Assembly (NCBI GenBank): GCA_964057225.1
Contig: CAXKVF010000072.1
Span: 620,001 to 684,000, forward strand
Source of the DNA: Auanema rhodensis
Taxonomy: Eukaryota > Animalia > Nematoda
Direction: 5' to 3'
Length of the DNA: 64,000 nt
In this document: positions 12,801-26,200 of the stretch, piece by piece
Layout of the letters: every line of letters starts with the position of its first letter
Numbering within the stretch: the stretch's first letter is position 1
The notes under the pieces: model-generated
The model's input: only the letters and a program-made list of their open reading frames with translations
Database searches by the model: none
What the model was told of the DNA's origin: nothing
Program-made: the position numbers and the translations under genes

Positions 12801-15800
12801 CATGGTTACCATGAACCAATATCAATAGAAATTTGTTTTTAGACTAATATGGACATGGGGAATCTAATTTTGAAAACCGCATCACTTTATCTTTCACGTG
12901 AAGCGAGTTACATACCAAGTGCACATCACGTGTACATTTAATTAGCATAAATTAAAGTTCACGTAAATTTCAAAGTCATGGTTACCATGCACCAATATCA
13001 ATAAAAATTTGTTTTTAGACTAATATGGACATGGGGAATCTAATTTTGAAAACCGCATCTCTTCATATTTCACGTGAAGCGAGTTACATACCAAGTGCAC
13101 ATCACGTGTACATTTAATTAGCATAAATTAAAGTTCACGTAAATTTCAAAGTCATGGTTACCATGAACCAATATCAATAAAAATTGGTTATTAGACTAAT
13201 ATGGACATGGGGAATCCAATTTTGAAAACCGCATCTCTTTATCTTTCACGTGAAGCGAGTTACATACCAAGTGCACATCACGTGTACATTTAATTAGCAT
13301 AAATTAAAGTTCACGTAAATTTCAAAGTCATGGTTACCATGCACCAATATCAATAAAAATTTGTTTTTAGACTAATATGGACATGGGGAATCTAATTTTG
13401 AAAACCGCATCTCTTTATCTTCCACGTGAAGCGAGTTACATACCAAGTGCACATCACGTGTACATTTAATTAGCATAAATTAAAGTTCACGTAAATTTCA
13501 AAGTCATGGTTACCATGAACCAATATCAATAAAAATTTGTTTTTAGACTAATATGTACATGGGGAATCTAATTTTGAAAACCGCATCTCTTTATCTTTCA
13601 CGTGAAGCGAGTTACATACCAAGTGCACATCACGTGTACATTTAATTAGCATAAATTAAAGTTCACGTAAATTTCAAAGTCATGGTTACCATGCACCAAT
13701 ATCAATAAAAATCTGTTTTTAGACTAATATGGACATGGGGAATCTAATTTTGAAAACCGCATCTCTTTATCTTTCACGTGAAGCGAGTTACATACCAAGT
13801 GCACATCACGTGTACATTTAATTAGCATAAATTAAAGTTCACGTAAATTTCAAAGTCATGGTTACCATTAACCAATATCAATAAAAATTTGTTTTTAGAC
13901 TAATATGGACATGGGGAATCTAATTTTGAAAACCGCATCTCTTTATCTTTCACGTGAAGCGAGTTACATACCAAGTGCACATCACGTGTACATTTAATTA
14001 GCATAAATTAAAGTTCACGTAAATTTCAAAGTCATGGTTACCATGCACCAATATCAATAAAAATCTGTTTTTAGACTAATATGGACATGGGGAATCTAAT
14101 TTTGAAAACCGCATCTCTTTATCTTTCACGTGAAGCGAGTTACATACCAAGTGCACATCACGTGTACATTTAATTAGCATAAATTAAAGTTCACGTAAAT
14201 TTCAAAGTCATGGTTACCATGCACCAATATCAATAAAAATTTGTTTTTAGACTAATATGGACATGGGGAATCTAATTTTGAAAACCGCATCTCTTTATCT
14301 TTCACGTGAAGCGAGTTACATACCAAGTGCACATCACGTGTACATTTAATTAGCATAAATTAAAGTTCACGTAAATTTCAAAGTCATGGTTACCATTAAC
14401 CAATATCAATAAAAATTTGTTTTTAGACTAATATGGACATGGGGAATCTAATTTTGAAAACCGCATCTCTTTATCTTTCACGTGAAGCGAGTTACATACC
14501 AAGTGCACATCACGTGTACATTTAATTAGCATAAATTAAAGTTCACGTAAATTTCAAAGTCATGGTTACCATGAACCAATATCAATAAAAATTTGTTTTT
14601 AGACTAATATGGACATGGGGAATCTAATTTTGAAAACCGCATCTCTTTATCTTCCACGTGAAGCGAGTTACATACCAAGTGCACATCACGTGTACATTTA
14701 ATTAGCATAAATTAAAGTTCACGTAAATTTCAAAGTCATGGTTACCATGAACCAATATCAATAAAAATTTGTTTTTAGACTAATATGTACATGGGGAATC
14801 TAATTTTGAAAACCGCATCTCTTTATCTTTCACGTGAAGCGAGTTACATACCAAGTGCACATCACGTGCACATTTAATTAGCATAAATTAAAGTTCACGT
14901 AAATTTCAAAGTCATGGTTACCATGCACCAATATCAATAAAAATTTGTTTTTAGACTAATATGGACATGGGGAATCTAATGTTGAAAACCGCATCTTTTT
15001 ATCTTTCACGTGAAGCGAGTTACATACCAAGTGCACATCACGTGTACATTTAATTAGCATAAATTAAAGTTCACGTAAATTTCAAAGTCATGGTTACCAT
15101 GAACCAATATCAATAAAAATTTGTTTTTAGACTAATATGGACATGGGGAATCTAATGTTGAAAACCGCATCTCTTTATCTTTCACGTGAAGCGAGTTGCA
15201 TACCAAGTGCACATCACGTGTACATTTAATTAGCATAAATTAAAGTTCACGTAAATTTCAAAGTCATGGTTACCATGAACCAATATCAATAAAAATTTGT
15301 TTTTAGACTAATATGGACATGGGGAATCTAATTTTGAAAACCGCATCTCTTTATCTTTCACGTGAAGCGAGTTACATACCAAGTGCACATCACGTGTACA
15401 TTTAATTAGCATAAATTAAAGTTCACGTAAATTTCAAAGTCATGGTTACCATGAACCAATATCAATAAAAATTTGTTTTTAGACTAATATGGACATGGGG
15501 AATCTAATGTTGAAAACCGCATCTCTTTATCTTTCACGTGAAGCGAGTTGCATACCAAGTGCACATCACGTGTACATTTAATTAGCATAAATTAAAGTTC
15601 ACGTAAATTTCAAAGTCATGGTTACCATGAACCAATATCAATAAAAATTTGTTTTTAGACTAATATGGACATGGGGAATCTAATTTTGAAAACCGCATCT
15701 CTTTATCTTCCACGTGAAGCGAGTTACATACCAAGTGCACATCACGTGTACATTTAATTAGCATAAATTAAAGTTCACGTAAATTTCAAAGTCATGGTTA

Positions 15801-18800
15801 CCATGAACCAATATCAATAAAAATTTGTTTTTAGACTAATATGGACATGGGGAATCAAATTTTGAAAACCGCATCTCTTTATCTTTCACGTGAAGCGAGT
15901 TACATACCAAGTGCACATCACGTGTACATTTAATTAGCATAAATTAAAGTTCACGTAAATTTCAAAGTCATGGTTACCATGCACCAATATCAATAAAAAT
16001 TTGTTTTTAGACTAATATGGACATGGGGAATCTAATTTTGAAAACCGCATCTCTTCATATTTCACGTGAAGCGAGTTACATACCAAGTGCACATCACGTG
16101 TACATTTAATTAGCATAAATTAAAGTTCACGTAAATTTCAAAGTCATGGTTACCATGAACCAATATCAATAAAAATTGGTTATTAGACTAATATGGACAT
16201 GGGGAATCTAATTTTGAAAACCGCATCTCTTTATCTTTCACGTGAAGCGAGTTACATACCAAGTGCACATCACGTGTACATTTAATTAGCATAAATTAAA
16301 GTTCACGTAAATTTCAAAGTCATGGTTACCATGCACCAATATCAATAAAAATTTGTTTTTAGACTAATATGGACATGGGGAATCTAATTTTGAAAACCGC
16401 ATCTCTTTATCTTCCACGTGAAGCGAGTTACATACCAAGTGCACATCACGTGTACATTTAATTAGCATAAATTAAAGTTCACGTAAATTTCAAAGTCATG
16501 GTTACCATGAACCAATATCAATAAAAATTTGTTTTTAGACTAATATGTACATGGGGAATCTAATTTTGAAAACCGCATCTCTTTATCTTTCACGTGAAGC
16601 GAGTTACATACCAAGTGCACATCACGTGTACATTTAATTAGCATAAATTAAAGTTCACGTAAATTTCAAAGTCATGGTTACCATGCACCAATATCAATAA
16701 AAATTTGTTTTTAGACTAATATGGACATGGGGAATCTAATGTTGAAAACCGCATCTCTTTATCTTTCACGTGAAGCGAGTTACATACCAAGTGCACATCA
16801 CGTGTACATTTAATTAGCATAAATTAAAGTTCACGTAAATTTCAAAGTCATGGTTACCATGAACCAATATCAATAAAAATTTGTTTTTAGACTAATATGG
16901 ACATGGGGAATCTAATTTTGAAAACCGCATCTCTTTATCTTTCACGTGAAGCGAGTTACATACCAAGTGCACATCACGTGCACATTTAATTAGCATAAAT
17001 TAAAGTTCACGTAAATTTCAAAGTCATGGTTACCATGCACCAATATCAATAAAAATTTGTTTTTAGACTAATATGGACATGGGGAATCTAATGTTGAAAA
17101 CCGCATCTTTTTATCTTTCACGTGAAGCGAGTTACATACCAAGTGCACATCACGTGTACATTTAATTAGCATAAATTAAAGTTCACGTAAATTTCAAAGT
17201 CATGGTTACCATGAACCAATATCAATAAAAATTTGTTTTTAGACTAATATGGACATGGGGAATCTAATGTTGAAAACCGCATCTCTTTATCTTTCACGTG
17301 AAGCGAGTTACATACCAAGTGCACATCACGTGTACATTTAATTAGCATAAATTAAAGTTCACGTAAATTTCAAAGTCATGGTTACCATGAACCAATATCA
17401 ATAAAAATTTGTTTTTAGACTAATATGGACATGGGGAATCTAATTTTGAAAACCGCATCTCTTTATCTTTCACGTGAAGCGAGTTACATACCAAGTGCAC
17501 ATCACGTGTACATTTAATTAGCATAAAATAAAGTTCACGTAAATTTCAAAGTCATGGTTACCATGCACCAATATCAATAAAAATTTGTTTTTAGACTAAT
17601 ATGGACATGGGGAATCTAATTTTGAAAACCGCATCTCTTTATCTTCCACGTGAAGCGAGTTACATACCAAGTGCACATCACGTGTACATTTAATTAGCAT
17701 AAATTAAAGTTCACGTAAATTTCAAAGTCATGGTTACCATGAACCAATATCAATAAAAATTTGTTTTTAGACTAATATGGACATGGGGAATCTAATTTTG
17801 AAAACCGCATCTCTTTATCTTCCACGTGAAGCGAGTTACATACCAAGTGCACATCACGTGTACATTTAATTAGCATAAATTAAAGTTCACGTAAATTTCA
17901 AAGTCATGGTTACCATGAACCAATATCAATAAAAATTTGTTTTTAGACTAATATGGACATGGGGAATCAAATTTTGAAAACCGCATCTCTTTATCTTTCA
18001 CGTGAAGCGAGTTACATACCAAGTGCACATCACGTGTACATTTAATTAGCATAAATTAAAGTTCACGTAAATTTCAAAGTCATGGTTACCATGAACCAAT
18101 ATCAATAGAAATTTGTTTTTAGACTAATATGGACATGGGGAATCTAATTTTGAAAACCGCATCACTTTATCTTTCACGTGAAGCGAGTTACATACCAAGT
18201 GCACATCACGTGTACATTTAATTAGCATAAATTAAAGTTCACGTAAATTTCAAAGTCATGGTTACCATGCACCAATATCAATAAAAATTTGTTTTTAGAC
18301 TAATATGGACATGGGGAATCTAATTTTGAAAACCGCATCTCTTCATATTTCACGTGAAGCGAGTTACATACCAAGTGCACATCACGTGTACATTTAATTA
18401 GCATAAATTAAAGTTCACGTAAATTTCAAAGTCATGGTTACCATGAACCAATATCAATAAAAATTGGTTATTAGACTAATATGGACATGGGGAATCCAAT
18501 TTTGAAAACCGCATCTCTTTATCTTTCACGTGAAGCGAGTTACATACCAAGTGCACATCACGTGTACATTTAATTAGCATAAATTAAAGTTCACGTAAAT
18601 TTCAAAGTCATGGTTACCATGCACCAATATCAATAAAAATTTGTTTTTAGACTAATATGGACATGGGGAATCTAATTTTGAAAACCGCATCTCTTTATCT
18701 TCCACGTGAAGCGAGTTACATACCAAGTGCACATCACGTGTACATTTAATTAGCATAAATTAAAGTTCACGTAAATTTCAAAGTCATGGTTACCATGAAC

Positions 18801-19850
18801 CAATATCAATAAAAATTTGTTTTTAGACTAATATGTACATGGGGAATCTAATTTTGAAAACCGCATCTCTTTATCTTTCACGTGAAGCGAGTTACATACC
18901 AAGTGCACATCACGTGTACATTTAATTAGCATAAATTAAAGTTCACGTAAATTTCAAAGTCATGGTTACCATGCACCAATATCAATAAAAATCTGTTTTT
19001 AGACTAATATGGACATGGGGAATCTAATTTTGAAAACCGCATCTCTTTATCTTTCACGTGAAGCGAGTTACATACCAAGTGCACATCACGTGTACATTTA
19101 ATTAGCATAAATTAAAGTTCACGTAAATTTCAAAGTCATGGTTACCATTAACCAATATCAATAAAAATTTGTTTTTAGACTAATATGGACATGGGGAATC
19201 TAATTTTGAAAACCGCATCTCTTTATCTTTCACGTGAAGCGAGTTACATACCAAGTGCACATCACGTGTACATTTAATTAGCATAAATTAAAGTTCACGT
19301 AAATTTCAAAGTCATGGTTACCATGCACCAATATCAATAAAAATCTGTTTTTAGACTAATATGGACATGGGGAATCTAATTTTGAAAACCGCATCTCTTT
19401 ATCTTTCACGTGAAGCGAGTTACATACCAAGTGCACATCACGTGTACATTTAATTAGCATAAATTAAAGTTCACGTAAATTTCAAAGTCATGGTTACCAT
19501 GCACCAATATCAATAAAAATTTGTTTTTAGACTAATATGGACATGGGGAATCTAATTTTGAAAACCGCATCTCTTTATCTTTCACGTGAAGCGAGTTACA
19601 TACCAAGTGCACATCACGTGTACATTTAATTAGCATAAATTAAAGTTCACGTAAATTTCAAAGTCATGGTTACCATTAACCAATATCAATAAAAATTTGT
19701 TTTTAGACTAATATGGACATGGGGAATCTAATTTTGAAAACCGCATCTCTTTATCTTTCACGTGAAGCGAGTTACATACCAAGTGCACATCACGTGTACA
19801 TTTAATTAGCATAAATTAAAGTTCACGTAAATTTCAAAGTCATGGTTACC
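6866..19850 (+). repeat. Large mosaic duplication: about 14.8-19.8 kb copies parts of about 6.9-14.5 kb at offsets 7920, 5632 and 5280 bp
   Basis: GAGTTGCATA pairs near 7278/7630 and 15198/15550 (7920). CGTGCACA 11349/16981 and CATAAAATAAAG about 11897/17529 (5632). AATAGAAA, AATCTGTT and CCATTAACC at 12.8-14.4 kb versus 18.1-19.7 kb (5280). Confidence 0.85.
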
Positions 19851-22800
19851 ATGCACCAATATCAATAAAAATTTGTTTTTAGACTAATATGGACATGGGG
19901 AATCTAATGTTGAAAACCGCATCTCTTTATCTTTCACGTGAAGCGAGTTACATACCAAGTGCACATCACGTGCACATTTAATTAGCATAAATTAAAGTTC
20001 ACGTAAATTTCAAAGTCATGGTTACCATGCACCAATATCAATAAAAATTTGTTTTTAGACTAATATGGACATGGGGAATCTAATGTTGAAAACCGCATCT
20101 TTTTATCTTTCACGTGAAGCGAGTTACATACCAAGTGCACATCACGTGTACATTTAATTAGCATAAATTAAAGTTCACGTAAATTTCAAAGTCATGGTTA
20201 CCATGAACCAATATCAATAAAAATTTGTTTTTAGACTAATATGGACATGGGGAATCTAATGTTGAAAACCGCATCTCTTTATCTTTCACGTGAAGCGAGT
20301 TACATACCAAGTGCACATCACGTGTACATTTAATTAGCATAAATTAAAGTTCACGTAAATTTCAAAGTCATGGTTACCATGAACCAATATCAATAAAAAT
20401 TTGTTTTTAGACTAATATGGACATGGGGAATCTAATTTTGAAAACCGCATCTCTTTATCTTTCACGTGAAGCGAGTTACATACCAAGTGCACATCACGTG
20501 TACATTTAATTAGCATAAATTAAAGTTCACGTAAATTTCAAAGTCATGGTTACCATGCACCAATATCAATAAAAATTTGTTTTTAGACTAATATGGACAT
20601 GGGGAATCTAATTTTGAAAACCGCATCTCTTTATCTTCCACGTGAAGCGAGTTACATACCAAGTGCACATCACGTGTACATTTAATTAGCATAAATTAAA
20701 GTTCACGTAAATTTCAAAGTCATGGTTACCATGAACCAATATCAATAAAAATTTGTTTTTAGACTAATATGGACATGGGGAATCTAATTTTGAAAACCGC
20801 ATCTCTTTATCTTCCACGTGAAGCGAGTTACATACCAAGTGCACATCACGTGTACATTTAATTAGCATAAATTAAAGTTCACGTAAATTTCAAAGTCATG
20901 GTTACCATGAACCAATATCAATAAAAATTTGTTTTTAGACTAATATGGACATGGGGAATCTAATTTTGAAAACCGCATCTCTTTATCTTCCACGTGAAGC
21001 GAGTTACATACCAAGTGCACATCACGTGTACATTTAATTAGCATAAATTAAAGTTCACGTAAATTTCAAAGTCATGGTTACCATGAACCAATATCAATAA
21101 AAATTTGTTTTTAGACTAATATGGACATGGGGAATCAAATTTTGAAAACCGCATCTCTTTATCTTTCACGTGAAGCGAGTTACATACCAAGTGCACATCA
21201 CGTGTACATTTAATTAGCATAAATTAAAGTTCACGTAAATTTCAAAGTCATGGTTACCATGCACCAATATCAATAAAAATTTGTTTTTAGACTAATATGG
21301 ACATGGGGAATCTAATTTTGAAAACCGCATCTCTTCATATTTCACGTGAAGCGAGTTACATACCAAGTGCACATCACGTGTACATTTAATTAGCATAAAT
21401 TAAAGTTCACGTAAATTTCAAAGTCATGGTTACCATGAACCAATATCAATAAAAATTGGTTATTAGACTAATATGGACATGGGGAATCTAATTTTGAAAA
21501 CCGCATCTCTTTATCTTTCACGTGAAGCGAGTTACATACCAAGTGCACATCACGTGTACATTTAATTAGCATAAATTAAAGTTCACGTAAATTTCAAAGT
21601 CATGGTTACCATGCACCAATATCAATAAAAATTTGTTTTTAGACTAATATGGACATGGGGAATCTAATTTTGAAAACCGCATCTCTTTATCTTCCACGTG
21701 AAGCGAGTTACATACCAAGTGCACATCACGTGTACATTTAATTAGCATAAATTAAAGTTCACGTAAATTTCAAAGTCATGGTTACCATGAACCAATATCA
21801 ATAAAAATTTGTTTTTAGACTAATATGGACATGGGGAATCTAATTTTGAAAACCGCATCTCTTTATCTTTCACGTGAAGCGAGTTACATACCAAGTGCAC
21901 ATCACGTGCACATTTAATTAGCATAAATTAAAGTTCACGTAAATTTCAAAGTCATGGTTACCATGCACCAATATCAATAAAAATTTGTTTTTAGACTAAT
22001 ATGGACATGGGGAATCTAATGTTGAAAACCGCATCTTTTTATCTTTCACGTGAAGCGAGTTACATACCAAGTGCACATCACGTGTACATTTAATTAGCAT
22101 AAATTAAAGTTCACGTAAATTTCAAAGTCATGGTTACCATGAACCAATATCAATAAAAATTTGTTTTTAGACTAATATGGACATGGGGAATCTAATGTTG
22201 AAAACCGCATCTCTTTATCTTTCACGTGAAGCGAGTTACATACCAAGTGCACATCACGTGTACATTTAATTAGCATAAATTAAAGTTCACGTAAATTTCA
22301 AAGTCATGGTTACCATGAACCAATATCAATATAAATTTGTTTTTAGACTAATATGGACATGGGGAATCTAATTTTGAAAACCGCATCTCTTTATCTTTCA
22401 CGTGAAGCGAGTTACATACCAAGTGCACATCACGTGTACATTTAATTAGCATAAAATAAAGTTCACGTAAATTTCAAAGTCATGGTTACCATGCACCAAT
22501 ATCAATAAAAATTTGTTTTTAGACTAATATGGACATGGGGAATCTAATTTTGAAAACCGCATCTCTTTATCTTTCACGTGAAGCGAGTTACATACCAAGT
22601 GCACATCACGTGTACATTTAATTAGCATAAATTAAAGTTCACGTAAATTTCAAAGTCATGGTTACCATGAACCAATATCAATAAAAATTTGTTTTTAGAC
22701 TAATATGGACATGGGGAATCTAATTTTGAAAACCGCATCTCTTTATCTTCCACGTGAAGCGAGTTACATACCAAGTGCACATCACGTGTACATTTAATTA

Positions 22801-22881
22801 GCATAAATTAAAGTTCACGTAAATTTCAAAGTCATGGTTACCATGAACCAATATCAATAAAAATTTGTTTTTAGACTAATA

Positions 22882-23059
22882 TGGACATGGGGAATCAAAT
22901 TTTGAAAACCGCATCTCTTTATATCTTTCACGTGAAGCGAGTTACATACCAAGTGCACATCACGTGTACATTTAATTAGCATAAATTAAAGTTCACGTAA
23001 ATTTCAAAGTCATGGTTACCATGCACCAATATCAATAAAAATTTGTTTTTAGACTAATA
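22882..23059 (+). repeat. 178-bp monomer (AT dinucleotide duplication at 22921-22924)
   Basis: CTCTTTATATCTTTC versus consensus CTCTTTATCTTTC; phase shifts by +2. Confidence 0.92.
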
Positions 23060-23235
23060 TGGACATGGGGAATCTAATGTTGAAAACCGCATCTCTTTAT
23101 CTTTCACGTGAAGCGAGTTACATACCAAGTGCACATCACGTGTACATTTAATTAGCATAAATTAAAGTTCACGTAAATTTCAAAGTCATGGTTACCATGA
23201 ACCAATATCAATAAAAATTTGTTTTTAGACTAATA

Positions 23236-26200
23236 TGTACATGGGGAATCTAATTTTGAAAACCGCATCTCTTTATCTTTCACGTGAAGCGAGTTACATA
23301 CCAAGTGCACATCACGTGTACAATTAATTAGCATAAATTAAAGTTCACGTAAATTTTAAAGTCATGGTTACCATGAACCAATATCAATAAAAATTTGTTT
23401 TTAGACTAATATGGACATGGGGAATCTAATTTTGAAAACCGCATTTCTTTATCTTTCACGTGAAGCGAGTTACATACCAAGTGCACATCACGTGTACATT
23501 TAATTAGCATAAATTAAAGTTCACGTAATTTTCAAAGTCATGGTTACCATGAACCAATATCAATAAAAATTTGTTTTTAGACTAATATGGACATGGGGAA
23601 TCAAATTTTGAAAACCGCATCTCTTTATCTTTCACGTGAAGCGAGTTACATACCAAGTGCACATCACGTGTACATTTAAATAGCATAAATTAAAGTTCAC
23701 GTAAATTTCAAAGTCATGGTTACCATGAACCAATATCAATAAAAATTTGTTTTTAGACTAATATGGACATGGGGAATCTAATTTTGAAAACCGCATCACT
23801 TTATCTTTCACGTGAAGCGAGTTACATACCAAGTGCACATCACGTGTACATTTAATTAGCATAAATTAAAGTTCACGTAAATTTCAAAGTCATGGTTACC
23901 ATGCACCAATATCAATAAAAATTTGTTTTTAGACTAATATGGACATGGGGAATCTAATGTTGAAAACCGCATCTCTTTTTCTTTCACGTGAAGCGAGTTA
24001 CATACCAAGTGCACATCACGTGTACATTTAATTAGCATAAATTAAAGTTCACGTAAATTTCAAAGTCATGGTTACCATGAACCAATATCAATAAAAATTT
24101 GTTTTTAGACTAATATGGACATGGGGAATCTAATTTTGAAAACCGCATCTCTTTATTTTTCACGTGAAGCGAGTTACATACCAAGTGCACATCACGTGTA
24201 CATTTAATTAGCATAAATTAAAGTTCACGTAAACTTCAAAGTCATGGTTACCATGAACCAATATCAATACAAATTTGTTTTTAGACTAATATGGACATGG
24301 GGAATCTAATTTTGAAAACCGCATCTCTTTATCTTTCACGTGAAGCGAGTTACATACCAAGTGCACATCACGTGTACATTTAATTAGCATAAATTAAAGT
24401 TCACGTAAATTTCAAAGTCATGGTTACCATGAACCAATATCAATAAAAATTTGTTTTTAGACTAATATGGACATGGGGAATCTAATTTTGAAAACCGCAT
24501 CTCTTTATCTTTCACGTGAAGCGAGTTACATACCAAGTGCACATCACGTGTACATTTAATTAGCATAAATTAAAGTTCACGTAAATTTCAAAGTCATGGT
24601 TACCATGCACCAATATCAATAAAAATTTGTTTTTAGACTAATATGGACATGGGGAATCTAATGTTGAAAACCGCATCTCTTTATCTTTCACGTGAAGCGA
24701 GTTACATACCAAGTGCACATCACGTGTACATTTAATTAGCATAAATTAAAGTTCACGTAAATTTCAAAGTCATGGTTACCATGAACCAATATCAATAAAA
24801 ATTTGTTTTTAGACTAATATGTACATGGGGAATCTAATTTTGAAAACCGCATCTCTTTATCTTTCACGTGAAGCGAGTTACATACCAAGTGCACATCACG
24901 TGTACAATTAATTAGCATAAATTAAAGTTCACGTAAAATTCAAAGTCATGGTTACCATGAACCAATATCAATAAAAATTTGTTTTTAGACTAATATGGAC
25001 ATGGGGAATCTAATGTTGAAAACCGCATCTCTTTATCTTTCACGTGAAGCGAGTTACATACCAAGTGCACATCACGTGTACATTTAATTAGCATAAATTA
25101 AAGTTCACGTAAATTTCAAAGTCATGGTTACCATGAACCAATATCAATAAAAATTTGTTTTTAGACTAATATGTACATGGGGAATCTAATTTTGAAAACC
25201 GCATCTCTTTATCTTTCACGTGAAGCGAGTTACATACCAAGTGCACATCACGTGTACAATTAATTAGCATAAATTAAAGTTCACGTAAATTTCAAAGTCA
25301 TGGTTACCATGAACCAATATCAATAAAAATATGTTTTTAGACTAATATGGACATGGGGAATCTAATTTTGAAAACCGCATTTCTTTATCTTTCACGTGAA
25401 GCGAGTTACATACCAAGTGCACATCACGTGTACATTTAATTAGCATAAATTAAAGTTCACGTAAATTTCAAAGTCATGGTTACCATGAACCAATATCAAT
25501 AAAAATTTGTTTTTAGACTAATATGTACATGGGGAATCTAATTTTGAAAACCGCATCTCTTTATCTTTCACGTGAAGCGAGTTACATACCAAGTGCACAT
25601 CACGTGTACAATTAATTAGCATAAATTAAAGTTCACGTAAATTTCAAAGTCATGGTTACCATGAACCAATATCAATAAAAATTTGTTTTTAGACTAATAT
25701 GGACATGGGGAATCTAATTTTGAAAACCGCATTTCTTTATCTTTCACGTGAAGCGAGTTACATACCAAGTGCACATCACGTGTACATTTAATTAGCATAA
25801 ATTAAAGTTCACGTAATTTTCAAAGTCATGGTTACCATGAACCAATATCAATAAAAATTTGTTTTTAGACTAATATGGACATGGGGAATCAAATTTTGAA
25901 AACCGCATCTCTTTATCTTTCACGTGAAGCGAGTTACATACCAAGTGCACATCACGTGTACATTTAATTAGCATAAATTAAAGTTCACGTAAATTTCAAA
26001 GTCATGGTTACCATGAACCAATATCAATAAAAATTTGTTTTTAGACTAATATGGACATGGGGAATCTAATTTTGAAAACCGCATCACTTTATCTTTCACG
26101 TGAAGCGAGTTACATACCAAGTGCACATCACGTGTACATTTAATTAGCATAAATTAAAGTTCACGTAAATTTCAAAGTCATGGTTACCATGCACCAATAT

